Source: Octopus sinensis (taxonomy: Eukaryota). Taken from it: a DNA stretch of 64,000 nt. The notes under the pieces are model-generated. The model searched no databases and was not told the origin of the DNA. It saw only the letters and a list, made by a program, of their open reading frames with translations. Location: positions 19,155 through 83,154 of the forward strand of contig NW_021833118.1 in assembly GCF_006345805.1 (NCBI RefSeq), in the 5' to 3' direction. Below, in pieces: positions 1 to 12,603 of the stretch. Every line of letters begins with the position of its first letter. The stretch's first letter is position 1. The translations under genes were made by a program, and so were the position numbers.

Positions 1-646
1 GAATAACCTATTCTGGTAGTAACCCTTCATTAGTCGGATCTTACCATTTTTGTTTTCTTTGCAACGAGGCGCTGCTTCAGTTCCTCCATCACCACTTTCA
101 AGCCCTTTCTTTCAATATTATACTTCCTTTTCAGCGCCCTGTATTTTTTGTTCACTTTTAAGCTCCCCTTTCTCTGCTGCTATTTTCCAAGACCCGTCTT
201 TTGATAGTTTCGAGCTCTACTTCTGTGAGCCGACAATTTTTTCTTATTGCTCTAGCTTGATCACATAGTGTCTGTTCCGTGAGTTGAAGCAATCCCTTTT
301 CTCTCCAATGATCATACATATGTTGTCGGTAACCCCTAATTTGAGCACCATTTTCTTCTACCGGGCTGCTCAAGTAGTAACGCTCCATGACCACAGCATT
401 TATTTGCTTGCTCCATCTACGCCATATGTGGTGGTCCCTTTCTGGATATCGACAGGCTGGAGCCGGACCAGAATCTCTGAGCCTGCCGGGTGGAACACAA
501 TCACCATCATTTGCTTTTGTTTAATTACTACCGTTATTCACAATATTTTTTATTGTTACTCATGAGGTAGCGATTATCAGGTTGCGCATTTACCAGTGTT
601 TTTATTGTGACACCATCAGTCCATGGGAGATTCCACCTGTTTCCTT

Positions 647-650
<4 letters not shown>
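1..650 (-). mobile_element. 5' end of R4/Dong-like non-LTR retrotransposon (inverted counterpart of 45364-46479), with internal ~460 bp deletion
   Basis: ORF 158-394 (VMERYYLSS..IRGYRQHMYDHWREKGL..) matches ORF 45541-46242. The element begins at an (AAT)n tract. Confidence 0.85.
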
Positions 651-707
<57 letters not shown>

Positions 708-1527
708 CATCATCATCATCATCACTGATATCAATGACATTATCGCTTTCATGTGTAGTGGTTGCAGCAACAGCATCAGTAGCATAGTGGTAAGGGTGGT
801 AGTTGGGCCTCAGTTGGGCGATCATAATAGTAGTAGTTGTAGTATTAGCAGCTGCAGAATATTATTATTTTTATTATTTTTATCATTGTCACCGTCACCA
901 CCACTACCACTGTTATAAACTTTATTACTAATTCCACTTATTATCAAAAGATTTCATTAAATGTTCTTTATTTTCAACTTTTGTCTTGTACTTGAGATAA
1001 TCATAAAAATGTGGTTGTTGGAGGAAATAGTTGAGTAGCAGCTTGGTGAAAAGATCATATTCTACAGGTCTATAAATAGATTCTGCAGATGGTGGGGAGG
1101 GGTCTATAAATAGATTCTGCAGATGGTGGCGAATCTTCCCACCCTTTGGGTCAGCAGAGGTGAAATGTGTTTAGTACTACCAGTTACCATTGAGTGCGTT
1201 GCCTTGAAAGAAGCAATTCAACCTGTTCTATTTGTAATTACTGGTAGAAAAAACAATAATATATATACACATACACACACACAGACACACACGCACACAC
1301 ACATACACATATATATATATACTGATATTCACGTCGTTGAATTTTTGAAATTCTGAATTCAATTGTGTTGTTGCAATAAAAGGTATGTTTACGTATTTGG
1401 GTAATATCAAATATCAGGCCATCCGATAAGATCTGTCCGAATTTTGAATAAAGGAAACAAGAGATCAAATGTTATATTTATTTGAAATTTAATCATCATC
1501 ATCATCATCATTATCATCATCATGATG

Positions 1528-1577
<50 letters not shown>

Positions 1578-1611
1578 TATTATTATTATTAATTATAATA
1601 ATAATAATAAT

Positions 1612-1951
1612 AATGGGGGAGCATCATAGCCATGTGTTGAGAAGGATTCTTTGGGGTTTGAATAATTCACCTCTGGAAACATGGGTGTTTTGTTCAACGT
1701 CCTTAAACAACCCTTATTCAGGGACCTTTTGAGCGGGATGGGTTACTCGATCTGAAGAAAATTCTAACTGGGCTCCACCTGCAAGGTCATGTGCTGTTTA
1801 TGTTGATATGAGATCACCATGTCGCGCACATATGGTTGTGATGCATGTGCCTGGTGTACCCATATCAGACGAGTAGTCATGATGGGTATACTGGGCTTCG
1901 TATATTTTACCCCAGTGTCACTTTGATGGCATGCTCCGCTCGCTCACTCAG
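1612..1951 (+). mobile_element. 5'-truncated copy of a non-coding interspersed repeat inserted in (AAT)n
   Basis: Same sequence as the 3' part of 44860-45322 and 43454-43792 (inverted). AAT repeats on both sides. Confidence 0.8.
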
Positions 1952-1989
1952 TAATAATAATAATAATAATAATGTTAATAATAATAATT

Positions 1990-2020
<31 letters not shown>

Positions 2021-2061
2021 CATTATTATTTTTATTATAATTATTATGATAATTATTATTA

Positions 2062-2141
<80 letters not shown>

Positions 2142-2161
2142 TAGTAGTAGTAGTAGTAGTA

Positions 2162-2213
<52 letters not shown>

Positions 2214-2717
2214 TCAAATTTTGAAACAAGGCCAGCAATTTTGGGGAAGACCTTAGTGTTCAAATGGTACTTAACTTAACGACTCCGAAAGGATGGAAGG
2301 CAAAGTCAGCATAAGCAGAATTTGGACACAAAATGTTAAGACAGACGAAATGTCGCTCGCATAATAAATGTTCCTTAAGTTGTACCGATGTCCTGTTGAT
2401 CTTTGATGCCATTGTTTTTTTGCTCGCGTATGTGTATATGTATGTATGTATGTATGCATGTATGTATGTATGTATGTATGTATGTATGTATGTTTGAATG
2501 TATGTATGTATGTATGCATGTATGTACGTACGTATGCGGGTAGGTATGTACATATCTGTCTGTATATCTGCCTGTTTGCCTGTCTTCTGTCTCTGTATGA
2601 TAGACTTTATATGTTAGACGTTTAATTGAAATACATAACATATGACATACACACATATGTATGTACTTATTCATATATGTATGCTATATATATATATATA
2701 TTATATATATATATATT

Positions 2718-2754
<37 letters not shown>

Positions 2755-2764
2755 ATGCATGTAC

Positions 2765-2797
<33 letters not shown>

Positions 2798-2823
2798 TAT
2801 ATATATATGTATGTATGTATGTA

Positions 2824-3193
2824 TCTCTCTATATATAAACGGCAGTTTGTCTGTGTGTGTTTCTGTGTGTCTGTTAGGTTGTACCCTCACCCTGACCACG
2901 GCTTTCAACCGATTCTGATGAAACTTGACACACACATAGCCCAATGTCATAATTCAAAACTAACGCAGCGAAAATTTTGAAAAGTTCCCCCAGTTCTGAA
3001 AAAAATCGATAAATTCGACATGGGGTCGAGAATCAGAAACACAAACCACAGACTGTCTAGGGGACGCAACTCGACCTTTTTAACTAAAAAAAATTTACCA
3101 TCATTTTTTTTCCATTTTTTGGCTATAACTCTCTAAAAATGCTTTATAGTTATTTCCCTTACAAACCCGAGCAACGCCGGGCGATACTGCTAG
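2824..3193 (+). mobile_element. Non-autonomous Helitron
   Basis: 5' TC, 3' CCCG..CGGG hairpin then CTAG|T, internal (GT)n. Near-identical copy at 61031-61414. Absent from the right arm. Confidence 0.85.
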
Positions 3194-3204
3194 TATTTAT
3201 ATAT

Positions 3205-3570
3205 TTGTGAACAAACCGGATGTTACGGAGAACAGCGACACACATAGGTCTTTTTAAATAGTAACTGTAATTATATATTATTCATATAATAATATATGTT
3301 CCATTTAGAGCGACTATACCTAAGCAATTGACCCAAAAAAGATGGGCCGAACCACTGCGAATTGAACACATCAATGCTTACACGGTTCCGGACGCAACCA
3401 ATTCAGCCACAAAGCCCACATTGCCCTTTTTTCGGTCGCTTGTTTAGGTTTAATCTCTCTAAATGGAGCATATATTATTATATAAATGATATATAATTAC
3501 AGTTATTATTAAAAAGGACCCATGTGTGTCTCTCTTCTCCGTAATTTACAGCCTTCGGGTTTATTTACAA
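3205..3570. mobile_element. Nested MITE-like elements: outer inverted repeats ~3205-3280/3485-3570, inner element ~3293-3473 with its own inverted termini; related partial copy ~3620-3752
   Basis: TTACGGAGAACAGCGACACACATAGGTC.. is inverted relative to ..GGACCCATGTGTGTCTCTCTTCTCCGTAA. CCATTTAGAG.. is inverted relative to ..CTCTAAATGG. Confidence 0.6.
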
Positions 3571-3787
3571 AGGCTAACATTATCTATACATTAAATTGAT
3601 GAAATTGATGAAATTGATGAGTGGGCTATGTGATTGAATTGGGTGTGTACGGAGCCATGTAAGCATTGATGTCATTTTCAAATCGCAGTGGTTCGGCGGT
3701 CCCTCTTTTTTCAGTTAATTGTTTAGATTTAATCGCTCTAAACGGAGAGTATATTATTATATAAATAATACATACATACATACATAT

Positions 3788-3861
<74 letters not shown>

Positions 3862-4113
3862 TACTACATATACCCAACTAATAAACTGTCACCTGCAAAT
3901 ATATTTTACTTAGTAAACGATAGCCGCAAGAATAAAGCGAACAAACTAGTACCAGATTATGTAACCAATCTCAGGCATCCATATTTATTGATTTACTAAG
4001 ATCCTTGGACCACACCGTATCACACAGTCACACTCACTGGATTAATTCTTCATCCGGTAGTTCTGCTTTGGCAGGTATACTTGAGATATTCCCAGCGTTA
4101 ATTCCTGAGGGTA

Positions 4114-4200
4114 GTCACCAACTGTTGACAAAGATCATCTCGTAAGCTATAAAGGACAGAGAAACAAAAGACTCTAACCAGAAATTGTTAAGTTTCCAAC
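4114..4200 (+). promoter_or_regulatory. Putative TATA-box core promoter of laccase gene A
   Basis: TATAAA at 4148-4153, 300 bp upstream of the ATG, within a block conserved in gene B (37580-37666). Confidence 0.5.
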
Positions 4201-4447
4201 AATTTCTGATTAAAATTTGTTCCAGCTGAAATGTCCTAATAACAAAACAATATCGATCTCCCTGTCGTCTGCCTGTCACAGAGTTTTATTTTCATTTCTT
4301 CTCTTTGATATGTTGGTGTTCTTTCGTCTTTAAACATACACATATTTCATGATTTAATTGTCACATCGTCCTTGATGATTTGATGATTTCAGTGTTTCTC
4401 ATATTTATATTTTGTTATTTCAGATATCTGTTCACACTGGTTCAACT

Positions 4448-6443
4448 ATGATTCACTTCAACGTAATTGTATTCCTCCTGGGGCTCTTATCACCATTAGT
4501 TTATTCTCATGGTTGTCGTATGGAAGACGACGTATGTGAGTTTAAGCTGGTAATTTCCTATAAATTAACTATGCTATACAATAAGATCTTGGTACTACCC
4601 CATAATGGAAAACTCTACAAATATGACGTCACTAATTTTACAAATGCTCAACCGATACCAACTGATAAAGTCATTACGATGGATGGTTTCTCTGAGTCAG
4701 TTAAGGTGATTACAGTAAATGGTACAGTTCCTGGACCAACGATAGAAGTTTATAAAGGACAAAGAGTCATCATTGAAGTAGAAAACCAATTATTTTCAGA
4801 AGGTACAACAATACATTGGCACGGCTTGCATCAAAGAGAAACATCACATATGGATGGTGTACCTTGGGTTACACAGTGTCCAATTCAACCAGGTCAGTCG
4901 TTCAGATATGAATTTAATATTACACAAATTGGAACTTATTGGTACCATTCTCATATTGGAACACAACGTACCATGGGAGTATTTGGTGCTTTGATACTAC
5001 ACGAAAAGACAAAACGTAAAATGGAAGAACATGTAATGGTAATCTCAGACTACAATCATGACTGGGATTCCGATATGAGTTTTTTAAAAGTTGGCATGGG
5101 ACTTTATATGCATAAAAAAAAGGTTGATATTACCAGATCTGTTGAAGGAGGGCTTTTTAGTCTCTTTCAGTTCAATTCCGGAACTGTGAATGGTCGGGGC
5201 CGTTATTATGATGAGTCAGGGAAACATAATGAGGCTCCACTGACTGTCTTTGAAGTAGAATCAGGTAAAGAATATCGTTTTAGAGTGATCGCTGCAGGGG
5301 CTCTGTACCCATTTGAAGTATCTGTTGATGGTCACCAGATGGTAGTCATTGCCTCTGATGGTTATGACATAACACCAACACCTGTTGATTACTTTATCAT
5401 CAACCCCGGTGAGAGATTTGACTTCACAATACATGCAAATAACTCTGTCGGAAATTACTGGATCCGCGGACAGACACTGCAAATGGGCAAAAATAATACA
5501 TTTGAAGCAATTCTTCGATATAAAGGTGCACCGGTCGAAGAACCTAACTCCACAGTTTCTGACTGCATTCAACAAAAGAACTGCACTTTACTCAACTGTC
5601 CCTTTCTTTATAATCCCCATAAAAGTGATAAACCATGTTTAACTTTTGGTGACTTAGAATCTAATTATCGAGATGTACCGCCTTTCCGGTCTGGAAAGTT
5701 TAAGGAACATTTTTTAAATTTTGCTTTTCCTGGTGAACCTGGGAACACACCTGCATCAATAAATGGTCGGGTGTTCGTGGAACCCACGGTAAACCCTTTA
5801 ACACAACCAAATGAAATAGATAGTCCGTGTGATAAAGCCAACTGCGGTGTTGATAAAGTGTGTCGGTGTACTCATTCCATAAACCTGAAATTTGGTGATA
5901 CAATTCAAGTTGTAATGACAAATCTGGGAAAAGGTAAAGGGTTCTCCCACCCTATACACATGCATGGACATTCATTTTATGTAGTTAAAATGGGATTTCC
6001 AAAATACAATGAAACAACGGGAAGAATAATAAATGATAGTACAGATATTGATTGCAGAGGTGATCCGAAAATGAACTATTGTAATGATGCGGCTTGGTCA
6101 AACAGTAAATGGGAGGGAGACAACATCCCCGGAATGAATTTACGAAACCCTCCTCGAAAGGATGTAGTTATGGTCCCTACAGGTGGATACGTTGTAGTGA
6201 GAATACGGGCCGATAATCCTGGAATGTGGTTTGTGCACTGCCACATTGAATTACACAGCAAGGAGGGAATGGCTCTTATTCTTAACGAATCTTTCGCTCG
6301 GTTGCCAGAAATGCCGGACAATCTCCCCGGGTGTCGTAGCTTCAAGAGAAGCGTTTACAACATAAGGAAAGATACTGGAAAGGATGACTGTAAGGACAGA
6401 AATGGTGAAGATGATAAGGATGATAAAGGTGATAATCATGGCG
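4448..6443 (+). CDS. Multicopper oxidase / laccase-like gene A, main coding exon (signal peptide + three cupredoxin domains)
   Basis: ATG 4448 starts a signal peptide (MIHFNVIVFLLGLLSPLVYS). All four copper motifs are present: HWHG, WYHSH, HPIHMHGHSF, HCHIELHSKEGM. Upstream acceptor-like TTTCAG ends at 4423; phase-1 donor G|GTAAGG after 6443. Confidence 0.96.
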
Positions 6444-6879
6444 GTAAGGGATGTTATATTTTTATTGTTCTTTAATCTTTTCCTCGAGTTTCATCTCTTA
6501 TTTTATAAATATTTTGAGAAGGCAAGACAGATGGGGTACTATCAGATAGGTGGTGGAATAAAAGCAGTACTGTTCTTGAGAACGAGGTAGATTATGATTT
6601 CGTGATTTTAGAGATCGTGAGAAATGGCTGGAGAGAGAAGATGGATGGAGGGAGTGAGAGATTGAATCGTTTGGCGATTATCATTTTGTTCAATGTCGTC
6701 GATCTGTTGTTGAAGACCTGAGTTGCTGCAGTTGTCGTTGTCGCTGTTGTATTCATCACCATGTTAACCATTGAGCTGACATGTCCAGAAATATATTTCA
6801 GCTTTTGTCATCACTTTTAAAAAAACTTTCTACACCACCCAACACTACAATATCAAATGCATCCATTTCTAAATCGTTA

Positions 6880-6915
<36 letters not shown>

Positions 6916-8140
6916 GTCTACTCTTTATAGAGGGCAAGTAACAGCACACGATCTTCTCTTGTTGGTTGGTCAGTGAACGAAGTTCATGTGGGTAACAAAT
7001 ACAGTTTAATTGGATCAGACTGAATTGTATCCTATTATCATTAAAAGCCAACTGCACCAGAGAACAAAATGACATTGATTATCAATAGATTAGGATACCT
7101 TCATCTATGATAAATCCTCGACTACCAATGACATCAGCTGATGCAATAAATCAGTTTTGTTTTCTGCTATCAACTGCAAACGAAGATGAGATTCTCCGGG
7201 AATTTTAAAGGTGATTACTTTTTCCAGGTATTTCTTTAGTTTTGCCATCAGGACACGGACGCACATACAATAAAGGAAACAACGTAAGTTCATTTCGTAA
7301 ATTAGGATGAATACCTGTTCGTAAAGAGTTGCAGTCCTTTACTCTTGACCAATTTAGAAAATGATTGTGTGGAGAGAAAAGAATCCTGATGTTCGAGCAA
7401 TGTTTTCCATCGTGGCAGTGCTGGTGGTGGTGATTGTGGTGGTGGTTGATCATCGTTGTTGCTAAAACTATATTTCGTATTACTATGTTATTATTCAAAC
7501 TGTATACGTAAATCTATTGTGGATTTCCTAGCAGATTACGTGAATGAAAAACGAAAATCAATGACAAACTAATGTGTTACTAGTTGTTCTCTTTGGATTA
7601 AGTGAATTAATTTTGTTTCTGGAGGATTCTCAGTGTAATGTGTTGTATTAGTTTGGCAACAAGGAAGTTATTCGTTGTAGGAACGCAATTCAATATTGAC
7701 TGATGTATATCGCAGATGTACGGCTATGTTTCATGAGTGACGTCCTTAACTTGGAAAGCAAAACTACTACAAACGTTGCAAATAATAAACGAATAAACTC
7801 TTACTAGTGATCATTGGAATGGAAGTCATCACAATTATGGAGTGATACACTGAGAACAAACACGTATTGAAATTAAAATGGTACCAGTAGCTGCGTGTGC
7901 ATGAATTATTTTTTGTCAGATGATGTGGAAACTGAAGAAACAAATGTATTTTTTACAGCAATAGGCTTATGGATAGAGTGCTAAATATTTAGAGAGTCTT
8001 AGTGGCATTTTTTGCTATTAGATCTTCCGTAATAGAGATATATTATTTAATTATATTGTTACATAAGTGAGAGGGAAATGACTTCTTGAAATGCAACTGC
8101 CATTGAAGTTTTATATATTTTTATCTTCTGGTCACACATG

Positions 8141-8392
8141 TGGAGGTGCGTGGTTTAGTGGTTAGGGTGTTGGCCTCATGATCGTAAGATTGTAGTACCG
8201 ATTCCTGGACCAGGTCACGCGTTGTTTTCTTGAGTAAAACACTTCGTTTAACTTTGCTCCACTTCACACTCAGCTGGGAAAAATGAGTAATCCTGCGACG
8301 GACCGGTGTCCTGTCAAAGCGGGGAATATATACGCCACAGAAACCGGAAAATCGTCCCTATGAGTTTATAGGACTCGAGAAGTAGATTTACT
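8141..8392 (+). mobile_element. tRNA-derived SINE in gene A intron (mirror copy ~32392-32643, minus)
   Basis: GGAGGTGCGTGGTTTAGTGGTTAGGG A-box, degenerate B-box GATTCCTGGACC; related to 56812-57155. Confidence 0.75.
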
Positions 8393-8811
8393 ACTATTTT
8401 TTACTACATATACCTAAAGTAGGGATCGGCAAACTATTTCAGATGTGGACTAGGTTGGGAATGTTTCGCTTTCTGAGGCAATACAAATAAAATGAAATGA
8501 AAATTAGACCATAGAGGGGTTTGCAAGTTCTAGCCATGACTGTACATGTTTATATTCAGATACAGTAAATCAAGCGCATTATTTTTTAATGTACCCATTT
8601 TTTTTAACGTGGCACAGAGTAATTCAAGGAGATTTGGTTGCTATTTCAGAAAATATATCTTTGTTCTTATTCCTAACAGGTGAAGTTCGTAGGTTACTTT
8701 TGGGGTGTTTAATGCGCAGTTCGAATTCGTTCCTCGCAAGAAAATGCATTATTGAAATAAATAAATAAACTTATGAAATATTTCATTATATAATAATGAG
8801 CGAAGTGTATC

Positions 8812-8850
<39 letters not shown>

Positions 8851-9529
8851 CAAAATCCCTCAGAAGGGAGTGGGAGAAAGAATAATATAAGTGAAGGGAG
8901 AGGAGAGAAAATAGTAATTCAGTGAAGGAGAAATAGGGAGAGTAATAGCCATAACTGAGAGGGAGTGAGAAAAAATAACAGCAATGTAAGAGAGGAAGTG
9001 GTAAAGAGAGTGTTGTGTATCTTATCTTCTACTATAATAATACTCTTGTGTATTTCTCCGTCACAACATATGAATAAGAAGGGAAGGGGTGATAGATGAT
9101 TAAGGAAAGAAGGGGTGAGGGCAAACTTGGTAGTGGGATGATAGAAGTCCTATGGTGAAGAAAAAATCAAACAGCGTTTCAACTTTGCGTGAGTATGTGT
9201 GTGTGTATATAAAAGGAAGTCATGGAAATGTGTGTGTGTGTGTGTGCGTGTGTGTGTGTGTGAGAGTGCAATGAAAGTGGGATGGTAAACATTCAACGCT
9301 GAAAAGAAAAATCAAACAGCGTTTCAACTCTGTGTGAATATATTTGTGTAAGCGTCTGCGTGGACAAGGAAAGTGTGTGAATGTATGTATCTGTGATTAT
9401 TATGTACCTTATTTATATAAAAAATACTAATTTTTGACGGCACGGGGCCGGCTAGTCTTTTTTTTTTTATTTTTTGCTATTTGTATATCTACCTAATAAA
9501 CTCAATATTGTATTTCTTTTCCTTTACAG

Positions 9530-9645
9530 TTGCAGACGACTACACAGTACGAGTGGCACTTGGAGTTCTAATCGCTGTCGTCTGTATCCTGGCCATTCTT
9601 GTTGTTGTTCTTGTGTTCCTTGTTATAAGGAAGCAAAAGAATTAA
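9530..9645 (+). CDS. Gene A terminal exon: transmembrane helix + basic cytoplasmic tail
   Basis: Polypyrimidine tract and acceptor TTTCTTTTCCTTTACAG|. Splicing in phase with the 6443 donor gives VADDYTVRVALGVLIAVVCILAILVVVLVFLVIRKQKN*. Confidence 0.88.
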
Positions 9646-10150
9646 CTTTGAAAATCACCTGAAATCAATACGATCATAGATAGCAGTGGGGGAGAGTGGG
9701 GTGGGGGCGAATCTAAGATGTGCTAGAGTAATTTTGTGGGGTCTGTAAGTGCATAGTGTAAGGTTCGAGTGGGGTTTGGTAACTGATGTGTGTCGTGGGT
9801 CATGTATGTACTTGGTGGTATATAGTACATATAGTGTATTAGTAATAGTATATAGTGTGATACAACACAATTACGACGGCATTATTAATTTTACATTATT
9901 ACTACACTATTATTAATGTGGTGTGTGTGTGTGTGTATTTGTGTGTGTGTCTGTGTGTGTTGAGTGGGGTTTGGTAACTGATGTGTGTCGTGGGTTATGG
10001 ATGTACTTGCTGGTATATAGTACAGATAGTGTATTAGTGATACAACACCATTACGACGGCATTATTAATTTTGCATTATTACTACACTATTATTAATGTG
10101 TGTGTGTGTGTGAGCGTGTGTGTCTGATAGTGTAGTAATAATGGTATTTG

Positions 10151-10540
10151 TGGAGGCGCAATGGCCCAGTGGTTAGGGCAGCGGACTCGCGGTTATAGGA
10201 TCGCGGTTTCGATTCCCAGACCGGGCGTTCTTAGTGTTTATTGAGCGAAAACACCTAAAAAAGCTCCACGAGGCTCCGGTAGGGGATGGTGGTGATCCCT
10301 GCTGTACTCTTTCACCACAACTTTCTCTCACTCTTACTTCCTGTTTCTGTTGTACCTGTATTTCAAGGGGCCGGCCTTGTCACTCTCTGTGTCACGCTGA
10401 ATATCCCCGAGAACTACGTTAAAGGTGCACGTGTCTGTGGAGTGCTCAGCCACTTACACGTTAATTTCACGAGCAGGCTGTTCCGTTGATTCGGATCAAC
10501 CGGAACCCTCATCGTCGTAACCGACGGAGTACTTCCATCC
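10151..10540 (+). mobile_element. tRNA-derived SINE (tRNA-Arg-like head); mirror copy ~30233-30621 minus
   Basis: GGAGGCGCAATGGCCCAGTGGTTAGGGCAGCGGACTCGCGG...GTTTCGATTCCCAGACCGGGCG; same head at 50405 and 51537. Confidence 0.85.
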
Positions 10541-11484
10541 AATAATGGTATTTATTCATAATTAGTGAAAGCTGTCTTCATTGACGTTTAACTCTAGGTT
10601 CGAACCTATTGAATAGCCACGACCATCCCGTCTGGTATGTAAATAATTCTTCTAGGATTACGTTATCTATCATGTCCAGTTTTTGCTTTAGAACGGAGGT
10701 AGATTTTTGACATCTAATTTTATCAACTCGAGTTGACGCGTAAATATCCACTCGTTGAGATCGTATAACCATTGAAGTAAATTGTGGGTTTCTTTATGTT
10801 AATCTAACAATTATAAACGCTGTTTTGTCCAGAGCATTGGTATTTAATAGTTGTAGACAGCAGAAGTGAAGCGTATATACTAAAAGAGTTAATGAGTGAT
10901 ACTGAAAGGGTAGAAGTATGATTCGAACCATTATCCTCAAGCTTATAACTAATACAATGTTTTAATAAAAGCGCGTTTGTATAAGATGTATATGTGTGTG
11001 TGTGTGTGTTCTTATTTCACAAAACAGTTGAAATAAATTTCTAGTATCAACTTCTCTATTGATATATTCAAATACACCTTTTATGATAACAAATATATGC
11101 AATGTCACTAATAATCTCATGTCCAAAAATTTCTTGAAGGCTGTTTATATTATTGGTTGCTATTAAAAGTCTTCGGTATTCAGCCTTATCTGGATTTTAA
11201 AATACAGTGATCATGTTTTGGTTTAAATCTGCCGCCTGTTCCGATATGTAAGTTCGTACATCAGATATTCGGTTCAGCCTAAATTTAAATTACTTACGTG
11301 ACATAACTCTCCATTTTTCCAGTTTTAGTTATCTCTCTTGTTACTTCGAACTGTTGATTTCTGTTCATAGTTGGTTTCTTGTTTTATGGCTTCACTTGAT
11401 GGTTTCGGACACTTATTTCGCTGCGAGGGTGAAGCCCATATCAGTCACGTGATATCTTAAAACCTTCCAGAATCGTTAGTATGC

Positions 11485-11675
11485 CGGACAAAATGCTAAG
11501 CGGCTTTTCGTCTGCCTTTATGTTCTAAAATCAAATTCCGCCGAGATTAACTTTGCCGTGCCATTCATCCTTTCAGAGTCGATAAAATAAGTACGGGTTG
11601 AGTACTGGTATAAACGTAACAGATTTAGCCCTACCCCTTAAATTGCAGGCGTTGTGCCAATATTTGAAACCATTC
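11485..11675 (+). mobile_element. SINE fragment with conserved central core (copies also near 2210-2380, 18240-18420, 22095-22270, 29095-29290, 34805-35025, 40000-40150, 59445-59590, 59750-59970)
   Basis: Recurring motif TTCATCCTTTCGGGGTCGATAAA(A/T)TAAGTACCAG, resembling from memory the MESC/Meta-type SINE core. Confidence 0.65.
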
Positions 11676-12299
11676 TCCAAATCCTTACTTTTCGCTGATT
11701 AAACAGTTTAAAACATACCGCGTAAAAAACTATTTTCGGAAGTAAGGACAATAATGGATTTCCCCTTAAGGCTACATGGCGGTGTAAACCATAGTATATT
11801 GCCATTGTTATTGCAGTCTTATTGTTTTAGACAGCAGGAAGATAGTGATAACTGTAAAAATAAAAAAAAGTTATGTCAATGCTCCCCAAACCGAATCGCT
11901 GGCATACTAAACTACAGTCTAGGTAGAAAAAGAAGTATTTAGGCTGAACAAAGAATACATAGGCAATACTTTTTTTCCTTTTGCTTCATCAGAATGTGCT
12001 AATTGCTTTTTGAATACAAATATATACATAGTTGAGGTGTGAACGAATCTAGATGTAAAACGGCGAAAAGACGTGTAAAAGAAATGTGAGAGAGGATGAA
12101 TAGGATACCCAGCAAGGAGAAGGTTAGATTAAACTAGTGATGTCCTGTTACCTGGATAGCTAAGATTATAATTACAAAATTAGAAAATACTGAGGTGATT
12201 CAATTGTTTTAATTGACATAGAAACATATTTAATGGGTTTAAAAATTGAATATGAATAATAGCTTCATAACGATTTTAATAGTGTATTAAGATATTTCA

Positions 12300-12524
12300 A
12301 AGAGAGAGAGAGAGAGAGAGACAGACAGAGAGAGACAGAGAACTTAAATCAGAAAATGAATCGCAGACTAAAAGGTCAGATATATAGCATATGACATGTT
12401 CTAGAAATAACGTTAATTTGGGTGAGAGAGTGAGTGAATGAGAGAGAGGGAGAGAGAGAGACACAGAGAGAGAGAGACAGACAGACAGGCATACAGACAG
12501 ACAAATAAATGGATAGACAGATAT

Positions 12525-12555
<31 letters not shown>

Positions 12556-12560
12556 TATAT

Positions 12561-12603
<43 letters not shown>

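Noticed and set aside
534-2950. Many poly-I/N/Y/L and HT/YI-repeat ORFs here and throughout the window
   Set aside because: Translations of (AAT)n, (TA)n, (CA)n and (CATA)n microsatellites; not genes.
4412-4447. ORF-track N-terminal extensions of the laccases (also 37349-37468)
   Set aside because: They cross an acceptor-like TTTCAG. The signal peptide begins at ATG 4448 and 37348.
4448-6443. Horizontal transfer or fungal/bacterial contamination for an intronless laccase
   Set aside because: It is embedded in host SINE/microsatellite DNA with canonical splice sites. There is no positive evidence without a phylogeny.
9474-9662. 62 aa ORF (and 31128-31337)
   Set aside because: Wrong frame or start; the spliced phase-1 frame gives the hydrophobic anchor.
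10151-10225. tRNA-Arg-like sequence
   Set aside because: It continues into a repeated body seen in several copies, so it is a SINE head and not a tRNA gene.
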